Source of the DNA: Alphaproteobacteria bacterium
GTDB taxonomy: Bacteria; Pseudomonadota; Alphaproteobacteria; GCA-2746255
Assembly (NCBI GenBank): GCA_965249135.1
Contig: OZ252220.1
Span: 1,120,001 to 1,184,000 of the forward strand
Direction: 5' to 3'
Length of the DNA stretch: 64,000 nucleotides
Positions 36,606 to 47,611 of the stretch are shown piece by piece; the first letter of the stretch is position 1; every line of letters begins with the position of its first letter. The translations under genes and the position numbers were made by a program. Below the pieces are notes generated by a model that was given only the letters and a program-made list of their open reading frames with translations, did no database searches and had not been told where the DNA came from.

Positions 36606-37430
36606 ATGCGGAATCTCTCAAGCTTCTTTTTCCTGGCTTGTCTTCTTCTCTTCGGTCCGGCCTTGGCCGGTGAAGCGACGATCACGCTTGCTTCGACGAC
36701 GTCGACCGAGAATTCCGGCCTTTATGACTTCCTGCTTCCGAAGTTCACAGCCGCCACCGGCATTCGGGTGCACGTCGTCGCCGTCGGCACCGGACAGGCC
36801 ATCAAGCTCGCCGAACGCGGCGATGCGGACGTGCTGCTCGTTCACCACCGGCCCTCGGAGGAGCGATTCGTGGCCGAGGGTTACGGCGTCGATCGCCGCG
36901 ACGTCATGTACAACGACTTCGTCATCGTGGGACCCGAGCACGACCCGGCCGACATCAGTGGCTTGAAGGACGTGGCCCGGGCCTTGGAGAAGGTCGCAGA
37001 GGTGCAAGCCATGTTCGTCTCGCGCGGCGACGACAGCGGCACCCACAAGATGGAGCTTCGCCTCTGGGAAGTGGTCGGCCAAGACGTCGAGGCCGCGTCC
37101 GGCGGCTGGTACCGGGAGACGGGTTCGGGGATGGGGGCGACGCTGAACACGGCGGCGGCGGCGGACGCCTATACGCTGACCGACCGCGGCACTTGGCTTG
37201 GTTTCCAGAACCGGCGGCGGCTCAAGCTCGTCGTCGAAGGGGACCCGCGATTGAACAACCCTTACGGGGTCATCCGGGTAAACCCGGCGCGCTTTCCCCA
37301 TGTGAAGGCGGAAGCGGCGCGGGTCTTCGTCGATTGGCTCACGTCCGAGGCCGGGCAGCGGGCGATCGGCGATTTCGAGGTGAACGGCGAGAAGCTGTTC
37401 TTTTCGAGCATTCGGGCGGGCGCCCCCTAA
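36606..37430 (+). CDS. tupA: Tungstate-binding periplasmic protein
   Basis: Signal peptide, STTSTENSGL, GTGQA, SRGDDSGTH. Confidence 0.88.
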   Translation: MRNLSSFFFLACLLLFGPALAGEATITLASTTSTENSGLYDFLLPKFTAATGIRVHVVAVGTGQAIKLAERGDADVLLVHHRPSEERFVAEGYGVDRRDVMYNDFVIVGPEHDPADISGLKDVARALEKVAEVQAMFVSRGDDSGTHKMELRLWEVVGQDVEAASGGWYRETGSGMGATLNTAAAADAYTLTDRGTWLGFQNRRRLKLVVEGDPRLNNPYGVIRVNPARFPHVKAEAARVFVDWLTSEAGQRAIGDFEVNGEKLFFSSIRAGAP

Positions 37431-37592
37431 GCGCATGGATAAGGGGAGGAAAACGCGCAGAAGGAACCCCCCTATGGGTGGAAGCGCAAGCTCGCCATTT
37501 CGGTCCATTTCCTTCTTTTGAAACCGTATAATTCCGGTGGCAGGCTAATTTCTTGGTCGGCGGCGGCCGGCTCAAGGAGTGTTTGAAGCTTT

Positions 37593-38270
37593 ATGCATAT
37601 CCTGATCATCGAAGACGACCGCGAGATGGCGGCCTATCTCACGAAGGGCCTGAAAGAGCACGGCTATACGGTCGATCATGCTGCGGAAGGCCGGGAGGGA
37701 CTCTTTCTCGCGGCGACCGGCGATTTCGACCTTCTGATCATCGACCGCATGCTGCCGAACACGGATGGCATCACCATCGTGAAGCTGCTGCGCGAGCAAG
37801 GGGTGAGCAGCCGCATTCTTCTTTTAAGCGCCCTTGGCCAAGTGGACGACCGGGTCACGGGCCTAAAGGCGGGCGCCGACGACTACCTTGCAAAGCCTTA
37901 CGCGTTTTCCGAACTGCTCGCCCGCATCGAGGCGCTGCTTCGCCGCGAAGGCCCGGAAGAGGAGCAGACGCATCTTCACGTCGGCGATCTGGAGATGGAC
38001 CTGATCGGCCGCACCGTGAAACGGGCCGGCCAAATGATCGAGCTGAAACCACGGGAGTTCCGCCTGCTCGAATACCTGATGCGCCATGCCGACCAGGTCG
38101 TCACCCGGACGATGCTGCTGGAAGGGGTCTGGGATTACCATTTCGATCCCCAGACGAACGTGATCGATGCGCAGATAAGCCGTCTTCGCCAGAAAATCGA
38201 CAAGGGCTTTAACCAGCCGCTGATCCACACGGTCCGCGGCGCAGGATACTCGCTTCGTGCAACTGATTAG
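37593..38270 (+). CDS. OmpR-family response regulator
   Basis: Receiver domain (ED, D, K) and wHTH ending IHTVRGAGY. Confidence 0.93.
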   Translation: MHILIIEDDREMAAYLTKGLKEHGYTVDHAAEGREGLFLAATGDFDLLIIDRMLPNTDGITIVKLLREQGVSSRILLLSALGQVDDRVTGLKAGADDYLAKPYAFSELLARIEALLRREGPEEEQTHLHVGDLEMDLIGRTVKRAGQMIELKPREFRLLEYLMRHADQVVTRTMLLEGVWDYHFDPQTNVIDAQISRLRQKIDKGFNQPLIHTVRGAGYSLRATD

Positions 38271-39684
38271 ACTCTTCCGAACCTCGGCCTTCCGAATGGC
38301 GGCACTTTCCATGGTCGTCTTCGGGGTTCTGGCCGTCGTTCTTTTGGGGTTTATCTACTACGCGACGATCGACCTGATCGACCGTGAGACAAACAATGTC
38401 ATCGAGGCGGAAAGCAAAGGTCTCGTCGAGCAGTACAGCCTGTTCGGCCTTCGGGGGATCGCCAGGGTTATCCGGCACCGATCCGAGAACCTGAAGGAAC
38501 CGGGCGCCATCTACCTGCTCGTGAACACCGACTTTGAGCCGGTGATCGGCAATCTGATTCCGTGGCCGGCTGACGCCGAGGGTGCGCCGCTTACCCCGCC
38601 CGAGAACGGCGAGTGGATTCATTTCAGCGTCAGCCGCGGCGAAGGCGAGGAGAAGACCGCCCGCCAGATGCGCGCGCGGGTCATCGACCTGCCGATCGGC
38701 TACCACGTTCTGGTCGGCCGGGACATCGGCGAACGCGAACGCTTCCGGGAAGTGATGCGGGCGGCGCTCACCTGGTCGGTGGCGATCACGCTGATGCTGG
38801 CGTTCCTCGGCGGCTTGCTCTTGAGCCGGCAGATGCTGCGCCGCGTCGATACGATCGCCAAGATCAGCCGGCAGATCATCGATGGGGATCTTACGCAACG
38901 GGTCAGCGTGCGTGGTACGGGAGACGAATTCGACCGGCTGTCTGCAAATCTGAACGAGATGCTCGACCAGATCGAACGTCTGCTGATCGGCATGCGCGCG
39001 GTGACGGACAGCGTGGCCCACGATTTGGGCGCACCGCTTACGCGCCTGAAAAACCGGATCGAGATGACGCTTCGCGGGAACCCGGACCTGGATGCCTACC
39101 GTTCCACCCTGCAAAACACGATCAAGGAAACGGATCATATTCGTTCGACCTTCGATGCGTTGATCGACATCGCGCGCGCCGAGGCCAGCACCGCGAACTT
39201 CGAGATGAAGCCGCTGGATCTGGCCGAGCTGGCTGCGGAACTGCTTGAGCTTTACGAACCGGTGGCGAACGAGCGCGACCTTCGCGTTGAGTCCTCCCTT
39301 CCCCCATGCGCCCTCGTGCTCGCCAACCGGCAAACGCTTGCCCAGGCGCTGACCAATCTCCTCGACAACGCGATCAAATACACGCCCGTCGGTGGCGCCG
39401 TCCGGCTCGAGCTTACGACGGACGCCGAACGGGTGCGGCTGACGCTCGAAGATAGCGGGCCGGGGATCCCGGCGGCCGACCGCGAGCAGGTGTTGCGGCG
39501 CTTCGTCCGGCTGGAGAAGGCGGCGGCGGCGCCCGGCACGGGGCTGGGTTTGAGCCTCGTGGCCGCGGTGGCGAAGCTGCACCGGGCTAAGCTCGAGCTC
39601 GGGGACAACCAGCCGGGCTTGCGGGTGACGCTTACCTTTCACCGCGAAGCCGAAGGGGAGACCAAGCTTGAGGCGGACGAATAA
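38257..39684 (+). CDS. HAMP sensor histidine kinase
   Basis: Two TM segments, VAHDL, NLLDNAIKY, DSGPG, GTGLGL. Confidence 0.93.
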   Translation: MQLIRLFRTSAFRMAALSMVVFGVLAVVLLGFIYYATIDLIDRETNNVIEAESKGLVEQYSLFGLRGIARVIRHRSENLKEPGAIYLLVNTDFEPVIGNLIPWPADAEGAPLTPPENGEWIHFSVSRGEGEEKTARQMRARVIDLPIGYHVLVGRDIGERERFREVMRAALTWSVAITLMLAFLGGLLLSRQMLRRVDTIAKISRQIIDGDLTQRVSVRGTGDEFDRLSANLNEMLDQIERLLIGMRAVTDSVAHDLGAPLTRLKNRIEMTLRGNPDLDAYRSTLQNTIKETDHIRSTFDALIDIARAEASTANFEMKPLDLAELAAELLELYEPVANERDLRVESSLPPCALVLANRQTLAQALTNLLDNAIKYTPVGGAVRLELTTDAERVRLTLEDSGPGIPAADREQVLRRFVRLEKAAAAPGTGLGLSLVAAVAKLHRAKLELGDNQPGLRVTLTFHREAEGETKLEADE

Positions 39685-39685
39685 A

Positions 39686-39845
39686 CGATGGCGGCCCATG
39701 AGGGAGTTCACGGGCCGCCATTCCGAGCCTAGTCGACCCCACGGCCGGTCTAAAAGGGAGCCGAAGCTTAGGGCCCGGAAACCTCCGTGGACGATGTCCA
39801 CCGGGGGGTTGAACATCGGAAGACGCTTAGGGACCGTCCCGATGT
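39686..39845 (-). ncRNA. Candidate multi-hairpin small RNA
   Basis: Four to five consecutive stem-loops between convergent genes, two with CCCUAAG loops; strand tentative. Confidence 0.4.
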
Positions 39846-39966
39846 AGAGGATATGCTCTGGCTAGTGTTTTAGACGCCCGCACCTTGCCAAGGCATTATG
39901 GCAACGTGAAATCTTCGTAATGTTCGAAACCCCGGAATACCGGGGTAGGAAACCACCGCCGGCGTC

Positions 39967-41136
39967 TCAGCGACGTCCCAAGAAGGGCAGATTGCCGGCG
40001 GCCTGCGCGTCGCCCTCGAGGTCGAGGTGAAGCGAGAACAACTCCAGTATGTCCTTGCGGGTGAGGATCCCGGCCAGACGGTCCCCGGAAGCCACGCAAA
40101 GCCGCCCGTTTCCCGTCTTCTGCATCCGGGCAAGGGCCGCCATCGCATCCGTTTCGGGGGCGACGGTCGTCACCTCGGAACGGGGACTCAGGATGTCACG
40201 GATGCGGGTTGTCGCCCATTGCTCGCGGGCCAATCCCTTCACCTCGCCAAGGCCGACGGAACCCAAGAGCCGGCCATCGTCTACGACCGGAAACATCTTG
40301 TAAGTGTGACGGTAGAGATAGTCCTCGACGAGTTCGGCAACCGTCAGGTTTGGTGAGACGGTGACGGGGTCCCGCTTCATGACGGCGGTGACCGGTATGC
40401 CCTCGAAGGGTTGCTTCATGACGACCTGGCGGTAGGAGGCGGTTGCCGCAAAACGCACGAAAAGGCCAAGCAGGAACCACCACAGCCCGCCGATGAAATT
40501 GCCGGTCACGAAGCTGATGACGCCGAGGATCATCAGCATGAAACCGAAGAAGCCGCCGGTGCCGGACGCGATTCGCGTCGCCCAGCGAAAGTCGTTCTTC
40601 CGGCCCCACAGCACGGCGCGGAGCATCCGCCCGCCATCTAAGGGGAAGGCCGGCACGAGATTGAACAGCGCAAGAATGCCGTTGATCCAAAAGAGGTAGG
40701 TAAGCACGCTCACGACGGCGACCGGCCAGCCAAGCGCATCGCCGGTCATGCCAACCAGGAAGAACGCCGTTGCCAGAAGGAGGCTGGCGATGGGCCCGGC
40801 GATGGCCATCACAAACTCCGCCTTCGGGCTTACCGGCTCGCCCTCCATTTCGGCGACGCCTCCGAACACGAACAGCGTGATTCCGCGAATCTGCATGTCG
40901 TAGCGCCGCACCACCAAGGAATGGGAAAGCTCGTGGAAGATGATCGAGAAGAAAAGACCCAACGCGCCGAGAACCGCCATCCACCAGTAGGTCGTCTTGC
41001 TAAGATCGGGAACGAAATGGGGAAAGAAGCCGGCGGCCAGTGTCCAGGTGATCAGGATGGCCAGGATCAGCCAGCTCCAATCGATTCCGACGCGGAACCC
41101 GAAAATCCGAAAAAGCGTGATCTGGCGACCGAACAC
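39967..41136 (-). CDS. Site-2 protease (M50) with tandem CBS domains
   Basis: HELSH, FNLVPAFPLDGG, C-terminal CBS pair. Confidence 0.92.
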   Translation of the reverse strand: MFGRQITLFRIFGFRVGIDWSWLILAILITWTLAAGFFPHFVPDLSKTTYWWMAVLGALGLFFSIIFHELSHSLVVRRYDMQIRGITLFVFGGVAEMEGEPVSPKAEFVMAIAGPIASLLLATAFFLVGMTGDALGWPVAVVSVLTYLFWINGILALFNLVPAFPLDGGRMLRAVLWGRKNDFRWATRIASGTGGFFGFMLMILGVISFVTGNFIGGLWWFLLGLFVRFAATASYRQVVMKQPFEGIPVTAVMKRDPVTVSPNLTVAELVEDYLYRHTYKMFPVVDDGRLLGSVGLGEVKGLAREQWATTRIRDILSPRSEVTTVAPETDAMAALARMQKTGNGRLCVASGDRLAGILTRKDILELFSLHLDLEGDAQAAGNLPFLGRR

Positions 41137-41167
41137 GTTGAACCTTCTCCCTCCCTTATCACACAGA

Positions 41168-44100
41168 CTAGTCTGAATCCGAAGGCGCCGCCTTCTTTCC
41201 GAAACCGCCGCCGCCCGGCGTTTCGATGACGAAAACGTCGCCCGCCGCCATTCTTACTTCGGCCGTCGCGGGCAAGTGCTCGATGCCGCCATCCGCCCGC
41301 TCGATGCGGTTTTCACCGGGCTTGGCGTCCGCGCCTCCGTTCAGGCCCCGAGGCGCGTGGCTGCGATTGCCGGAAAGGATCGCCGCCGTCATCGCCTCGC
41401 GGAAACGGATGCGCCGCACAACGCCGTCGCCACCCCGCCACCGCCCTTCTCCACCGCTTGCGCGGCGGATCCGGAAGGCCTCGACGAAGACCGGGTAGCG
41501 CCACTCGAGCACCTCCGGGTCGGTCAGACGGGAATTCGTCATATGGGTATGAACGGCGGATGCGCCGTCGAAACCGGGGCCGGCCCCGGCGCCGCCGGCA
41601 ATCGTCTCGTAGTATTGGTGGCGGTCATCGCCGAAGGTGAAGTTGTTCATCGTGCCCTGGGAGCCCGCCAGCGCACCGAGCGCGCCAAAAAGCGCGTCGA
41701 CTACGCATTGGGAGGTCTCGACATTGCCGGCGGCAACCGCGGCCGGGGGGTCGGGATTGAGCATGGAGCCTTTGGGAAGGACGATGTCCAGGGGTTTAAG
41801 GCAGCCCGCGTTCAAGGGGATGTCGTCTTCGACCAGGGTTCGAAAGACGTAAAGCACGGCGGCCCGCGTGACGGCGGAAGGCGCGTTGAAATTGTTCGGC
41901 CGCTGATCCGAGGTGCCGGTGAAGTCGATCTTCGCCGCGCGGCTTTCCCGGTCGATCCCGATCTGGACCTGGATGCGGCCGCCATCGTCCATCTCGTAAA
42001 CGAAGGCGCCGCCCTTCAAGCCGGCGATCACGCGACGGATCGCTGCTTCCGCATTCGCCTGGACATGTCCCATATAGGCCCGAACCTGCTCAAAGCCGAA
42101 ATGGGACACCAGCGCGCGAAGCTCTTCGAGCCCTTTCGCGTTCGCGGCGACCTGCGCGCGCAGATCGCGCACGTTCTGATCCGGGTTGCGGGCCGGATAG
42201 GGGGCGGCTTGAAGGCGTGCGCGAAGTTCGTCTTCATGGAAGCGGCCCTCGCGGACGAGGCGGATATTGTCGAGAAGCACGCCTTCTTCTTCGATGTTGC
42301 GGCTTTCCGGCGGCATCGAGCCCGGCGTCTTGCCGCCGATGTCCGCATGGTGACCGCGGGCGGCAACAAAGAAGAGGACCTCGTTGCTGTCCTCATCGAA
42401 GACCGGCGTCACGACGGTGATATCGGGAAGATGCGTGCCGCCATTGTAGGGCGCGTTCGAGGCAAAGACGTCGCCCGCGCGAATGTCGGAGGCGTAAGCC
42501 TGGCTGACGACGCGCACGCTTTCGCCCATCGAGCCCAGGTGAACCGGGATGTGCGGCGCGTTCGCGATGAGGCCGCCTCGATCGTCGAAGAGCGCGCAGG
42601 AGAAATCGAGCCGCTCCTTGATGTTCACCGAATGCGAGGTCTTCGCCAGAGTCTCGCCCATCTGCTCGGCGATCGACATGAAAAGGTTGTTGAAGATCTC
42701 GAGCAGGATCGGATCCGCAGGTTCCTTGCCGCCGGCGGGCGCGCGGTGCGCGGGCGCCTTGATCCGCGAAAGCAGAAGGCTTCCTTCCCCGAGCACGGCC
42801 AGTTCCCAGCCGGGCTCGAGCACCGTCGTCGCATGCTCCTCTAAGACGATGGCCGGACCGGTAAGGCGATGGCCAGGCGCAAGGGCGGCGCGTGCGATGA
42901 CCGGCGTCTGTTTGAGGCGCCCGGAAAAATGAACCTGTGCGCACGTCTCCGGCTTCGGCGCCGCGCGCCCAGCGTCGGCAAAGGAAGGGGGCGTTGCGAT
43001 CCGCTCCATCGCGCCCACCGCCTCGACACTGAGCGCCTCGAGGATGAGCCGCTTGTCCGGATCCAAAAAACCGAAATGCCGGCGATGGGCCGAATCGAAA
43101 CTTTTGCGCGTTTCGGCAAAGCCCACAAAGGGAAGGATGAGGGGGCTGTCCGTCCCCTCGTAGCGAAGATGGGCGGAAGGGAGCGTGCGTATCCGGGCGG
43201 GCGCCACCCCCTGGGCCTCCATTTCTTTTTTTGCGTCGGCGCGAAGCGCATCCACGATCGCTTCGAGATCCGCCATGGCGGCCTCCTCGAAGGGCGCTTC
43301 GACGGCGCGGGCGCGCGTCACCCGCATATCCGCGAGCCCCATGCCGAGCGCCGAAAGGACGCCCGCCATCGGGTGCAGCAGCACGCGCTTCATCTCGAGT
43401 GCGTCCGCCACGCGGCACGCATGCTGCCCCGCGGCGCCCCCGTAACCGCAAAGCACGTAGTTCGTCACGTCGTGGCCGCGCGCGACGGAAACCTTCTTGA
43501 TCGCGTTCGCCATGTTCTCGACGGCGACCTTAAGAAAGCCTTCCGCCACCGCGAAGCTGCTCATCGCCTGGCCGGAAGTCTCGCGCACGGCCTTGGCAAG
43601 CGCGTCGAACTTCCCGGTGACGATCGCCTGGTCGAGCGGCAAATCGCCCTTAGGCCCGAAGATGCGGGGAAAATAGTCGGGCAGGATCCTGCCCAGAAGC
43701 AGGTTGCAGTCCGTCACCGTCAGCGGCCCGCCACGGCGGTAGCAGGCCGGACCGGGATCGGCGCCGGCCGAGTGGGGGCCGACGCGAAAACGCGCATTTT
43801 CGAAACTGCAGATCGAACCGCCGCCGGCGGCCACCGTATGGATGCGCATCATCGGCGCGCGCAGGCGCACGCCGGCCATTTCCGAATCGAAGCTGCGCTC
43901 GAATGCGCCATCGAAATGAAAGACGTCCGTAGACGTGCCTCCCATGTCGAAACCGATCAGACGGCCGAAACCGGCCAGCTTCGCGCCCTCGACGGCGCCG
44001 ACGACGCCGCCCGCCGGCCCGGAAAGGATGCTGTCCTTGCCATGGAAGAAACGGGCGTCGGCAAGCCCGCCATTCGACTGCATGAAGAAAAGGTGCGTTT

Positions 44101-44815
44101 CGCCAAGATCGGCGGCGAGACGATCAATGTAGCGCCGCAAAATCGGCGAGAGATAGGCATCGGCAACCGTCGTATCGCCGCGGCTTACGAGCTTCATGAG
44201 CGGGCTTGCCTGATGCGAAACGGAGACCTGGGAAAAGCCGACCGCGCGGGCAAGCGCGGCGACAAGGCGTTCATGTTCGGGATAGCGATAGCCGTGCAGG
44301 AAGACGATAGCGGCCGCGCGGATGCCGTCCCGGTAAGCGGCCTCGAGACGAACGCGGGCAAGATCCAGATCGGGAGCGTGGATTTCTTCGCCTTCGGCCG
44401 TCATCCGTTCCGGCACTTCGATGACTTGAGCATAAAGCAGCGAAGGCAATCGGATGTGACGGGCGAAAATGGCGGGACGGTTCTGATAGGCGATACGAAG
44501 CGCATCGCCAAAGCCTTCCGTAATGACGAGAACCGTGCGCTCCCCCTTTCGTTCGAGAAGCGCGTTCGTGGCCACCGTCGTTCCCATCTTCACGGCGTCG
44601 ATATGGGCCTCCGGGATGGGCGCGCCTTTTGGCACTTGCAGAAGTTCGCGGATGCCTTCGATGGTGGCGTCCGCATAGCGTTCCGGATTTTCGGAAAGCA
44701 GCTTGCGGGTCAGGAGTTCGCCTTCCGGGTTGCGCGCGACGAAATCGGTGAACGTGCCGCCCCGATCAATCCAGAACTGCCAACCCGCCTTCGAAGAAGA
44801 GGTCTCCGCCACCAT
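41168..44815 (-). CDS. Fused hydantoinase/5-oxoprolinase
   Basis: [35 protein letters not shown]. Confidence 0.93.
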   Translation of the reverse strand: MVAETSSSKAGWQFWIDRGGTFTDFVARNPEGELLTRKLLSENPERYADATIEGIRELLQVPKGAPIPEAHIDAVKMGTTVATNALLERKGERTVLVITEGFGDALRIAYQNRPAIFARHIRLPSLLYAQVIEVPERMTAEGEEIHAPDLDLARVRLEAAYRDGIRAAAIVFLHGYRYPEHERLVAALARAVGFSQVSVSHQASPLMKLVSRGDTTVADAYLSPILRRYIDRLAADLGETHLFFMQSNGGLADARFFHGKDSILSGPAGGVVGAVEGAKLAGFGRLIGFDMGGTSTDVFHFDGAFERSFDSEMAGVRLRAPMMRIHTVAAGGGSICSFENARFRVGPHSAGADPGPACYRRGGPLTVTDCNLLLGRILPDYFPRIFGPKGDLPLDQAIVTGKFDALAKAVRETSGQAMSSFAVAEGFLKVAVENMANAIKKVSVARGHDVTNYVLCGYGGAAGQHACRVADALEMKRVLLHPMAGVLSALGMGLADMRVTRARAVEAPFEEAAMADLEAIVDALRADAKKEMEAQGVAPARIRTLPSAHLRYEGTDSPLILPFVGFAETRKSFDSAHRRHFGFLDPDKRLILEALSVEAVGAMERIATPPSFADAGRAAPKPETCAQVHFSGRLKQTPVIARAALAPGHRLTGPAIVLEEHATTVLEPGWELAVLGEGSLLLSRIKAPAHRAPAGGKEPADPILLEIFNNLFMSIAEQMGETLAKTSHSVNIKERLDFSCALFDDRGGLIANAPHIPVHLGSMGESVRVVSQAYASDIRAGDVFASNAPYNGGTHLPDITVVTPVFDEDSNEVLFFVAARGHHADIGGKTPGSMPPESRNIEEEGVLLDNIRLVREGRFHEDELRARLQAAPYPARNPDQNVRDLRAQVAANAKGLEELRALVSHFGFEQVRAYMGHVQANAEAAIRRVIAGLKGGAFVYEMDDGGRIQVQIGIDRESRAAKIDFTGTSDQRPNNFNAPSAVTRAAVLYVFRTLVEDDIPLNAGCLKPLDIVLPKGSMLNPDPPAAVAAGNVETSQCVVDALFGALGALAGSQGTMNNFTFGDDRHQYYETIAGGAGAGPGFDGASAVHTHMTNSRLTDPEVLEWRYPVFVEAFRIRRASGGEGRWRGGDGVVRRIRFREAMTAAILSGNRSHAPRGLNGGADAKPGENRIERADGGIEHLPATAEVRMAAGDVFVIETPGGGGFGKKAAPSDSD

Positions 44816-44837
44816 CCAGAAAGCTTAGCGGCAAGCC

Positions 44838-44970
44838 GGCCTCAAACCCAAGGCCTCAAACCCAAGGAATGGCTTGGCCCGCTCTGGCGTGGCCTTACGA
44901 TCCGGTCTATGGTCGCCGCCGCAATTCTTGAAGGCGGTCTCTCATGGGAATCTGGGCATGGGAATCTGGG
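44838..44970. repeat. Two separate 14-bp tandem duplications
   Basis: GGCCTCAAACCCAA x2 (44838-44865) and CATGGGAATCTGGG x2 (44943-44970). Confidence 0.9.
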
Positions 44971-45710
44971 GAAAACTGATCGGGGGTGCGGCCGGATTCG
45001 CGCTTGGCGGGCCGCTTGGCGCCATCCTCGGCACGCTCGCGGGGCACGCCTATGACCGCTCGAAGGCGGAGGGCTTACGTGGGCCTTACGGACAGGCGCG
45101 TGCCGACACGACGGCCACCCGCCAGGCCGCCTTTACGACCGCCGTCATCGTGCTGGCTGCGAAGATGGCGAAGGCGGACGGCGTCGTTACGAAGGACGAG
45201 ATCCGCGCCTTCAAGCAGATCTTTCGCGTACCTAAACAGGCCGAGGCGGAGGTCGGCGGGCTCTTCAACCGGGCGCGGGAGGAGGCCGCCGGTTTCGAGC
45301 CTTACGCCCATCAGATCGCCGTCCTGTTCGCGCACCACAAGGTCGTGCTCGAGGACCTGCTTGGCGGGCTTATCCATATTGCGCGAGCCGACGGCCGGGT
45401 CAGTCCGGAAGAGATGGCGTACTTAAAAGAAGTCGCCCAGATTTTCGGATTCGACGCGCGAACTTTTGAGCGGGTGGTCGCCGCCCATTCGGGTAGCGGG
45501 ATCGCCGACCCTTACGAGGTGCTGGGGGTGAGCCCGAAGGTTGGGGACGCGGAATTGAAGAAGGCCTATCGCGGGCTCATCCGCGAGAACCATCCCGACC
45601 GGCTGATGGCCCAGGGCATGCCGCAGGAATTCATCGACGTCGCCGACGAAAAAATGGCACGGATCAACGACGCCTATGCGCAAATCGAAAAACTGCGGGG
45701 CTTGAGTTAG
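44958..45710 (+). CDS. djlA: DjlA co-chaperone (TerB-like + J domain)
   Basis: MGIWGKLIGG, AKMAKADG, DPYEVLG, HPD. Confidence 0.9.
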   Translation: MGIWGKLIGGAAGFALGGPLGAILGTLAGHAYDRSKAEGLRGPYGQARADTTATRQAAFTTAVIVLAAKMAKADGVVTKDEIRAFKQIFRVPKQAEAEVGGLFNRAREEAAGFEPYAHQIAVLFAHHKVVLEDLLGGLIHIARADGRVSPEEMAYLKEVAQIFGFDARTFERVVAAHSGSGIADPYEVLGVSPKVGDAELKKAYRGLIRENHPDRLMAQGMPQEFIDVADEKMARINDAYAQIEKLRGLS

Positions 45711-45713
45711 AAG

Positions 45714-46418
45714 ATGAAACCGCCGATCGAGAAAAGCTCGCCGAACCAGGGACCGCGGCCCGAAGGATGCGCGATCGACACGCTGGTCCTGCACTACACC
45801 GGCATGAAGACGGCGGAAGCGGCATTGACGCGGCTTTGCGACCGGGAAGCGAAGGTGAGCGCGCATTATCTGATCGACGAGGCGGGCCACGTCACCGCGC
45901 TGGTGCCGGAGACAAGGCGCGCCTGGCATGCGGGCGAGGCGTGCTGGAAAGGTGCTAACGATCTCAACGACCGCTCGATCGGCGTCGAGCTCGTCAATCC
46001 GGGCCACGAGTTCGGCTACCGCCCCTTCCCGGAGGCCCAGATGGCCGCGCTCGAGGCGCTTCTTCTCGACATCCTCGCCCGCCACCCGATCTCAGCCGAA
46101 CGCGTGCTCGGCCATTCCGACGTCGCACCCGACCGCAAGACCGATCCGGGCGAGCTGTTCGACTGGCAGCGGCTGGCGCGGGCCGGCATCGGGCGCTGGC
46201 CGGAGGCCCATGAGGCCGGGCCAGTGCCGCCGATCGAAGAGGTGCAGCGCCTGCTCGACCGCTATGGCTACGAAGTGCCGCTCTCCGGCGTGGCGGATAA
46301 GGCGACGAAAAAGGTCATCAAAGCCTTCCAGCGCCACTTCCGGCCCGCCCGCATCGACGGGGTAGCGGATAGGGAGACGCTGGCGAGGCTCCTCAGTCTT
46401 CTCGAAGGGGGGCCTTGA
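45714..46418 (+). CDS. N-acetylmuramoyl-L-alanine amidase (AmpD/AmiD-like)
   Basis: LHYT, VSAHY, AWHAG, GHSDVAP.RK.DPG, C-terminal PG-binding domain. Confidence 0.92.
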   Translation: MKPPIEKSSPNQGPRPEGCAIDTLVLHYTGMKTAEAALTRLCDREAKVSAHYLIDEAGHVTALVPETRRAWHAGEACWKGANDLNDRSIGVELVNPGHEFGYRPFPEAQMAALEALLLDILARHPISAERVLGHSDVAPDRKTDPGELFDWQRLARAGIGRWPEAHEAGPVPPIEEVQRLLDRYGYEVPLSGVADKATKKVIKAFQRHFRPARIDGVADRETLARLLSLLEGGP

Positions 46419-46449
46419 CCCGTTTGCGTCCAAGGCCTAGCTAAAAAGG

Positions 46450-46814
<365 letters not shown>

Positions 46815-46996
46815 TTCTTTTTCAAGAAAATAGGAAGAAGAAAACGTTCTTATTATGTTCTGCATTTAGAGCTTTTCATACTTCATCTAGTAATCGAAAC
46901 AAAAACACCTCCGAAATCTTCGCTCGGAGACTTCCGATCTTCTTATCTCGCGTCCAGAATTCTCCTTTAGGACGAGAGTTTTACTTCGCTCCGTCA

Positions 46997-47037
46997 TTGA
47001 CACCCATATAGGCCCATGATATCCCATTTTATCCTAC
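46997..47037 (+). promoter_or_regulatory. dcw promoter with MraZ-box-like repeats
   Basis: TTGACA at 46997, then CCCAT at 47003, 47013, 47023 and CCTAC at 47033 (TGGG boxes, 10-nt period, on - strand). Confidence 0.65.
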
Positions 47038-47134
47038 ATTGGGCAGTCGCGCCCAATCCGGACCGAAGGCCGGGATCGTTCCACCGCCCAGGAGCCCCCG
47101 GCCAGCCGAGAGACCCGGCGGTTGGGGGGCCGGA

Positions 47135-47611
47135 ATGGCGCTGTTTCTTTCGACGTATACGAACAAGGTCGACAAGAAGGGCCGGGTATCCGTACCGGCT
47201 TCCTTCCGCGCCGCCATCGGCGGGCAGAATTTCCACGGCATCGTCGTCTTTCGCTCCTACCGCCTACCGGCGATCGAGGCGTTTTCCATCGATCGCATGG
47301 AGCGCCTAAGCACAAGCCTCGATGCGCTCGACCTTTTCTCCGACACCCAGGACGACCTTGCCGCGACGATCTTTGCCGATTCGCATCCCCTTCCCTTCGA
47401 TGGCGAAGGCCGCATCCTGTTGCCGAAGGAGTTTGCGGATTACGCCAACATCAAGGATGAGGCCGCCTTCGTCGGCCGGGGCGCCACCTTTCAGCTGTGG
47501 GCGCCGAAGGCGTTCCGGTCCCACCAGGCGAAAGCCCGCAAGCGGGCGTTGGACGACGGCGTCACCCTTCGCCTCGGCCCGCCGGAGAAGCCGGAAGGCT
47601 GGAAGTCATGA
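47135..47611 (+). CDS. mraZ: Transcriptional regulator MraZ
   Basis: [23 protein letters not shown]. Confidence 0.95.
   Translation: MALFLSTYTNKVDKKGRVSVPASFRAAIGGQNFHGIVVFRSYRLPAIEAFSIDRMERLSTSLDALDLFSDTQDDLAATIFADSHPLPFDGEGRILLPKEFADYANIKDEAAFVGRGATFQLWAPKAFRSHQAKARKRALDDGVTLRLGPPEKPEGWKS

Noticed and set aside
42869-45055. 728-aa antisense ORF and similar long shadow ORFs
   Set aside because: Antisense shadows of high-GC genes with no recognisable motifs
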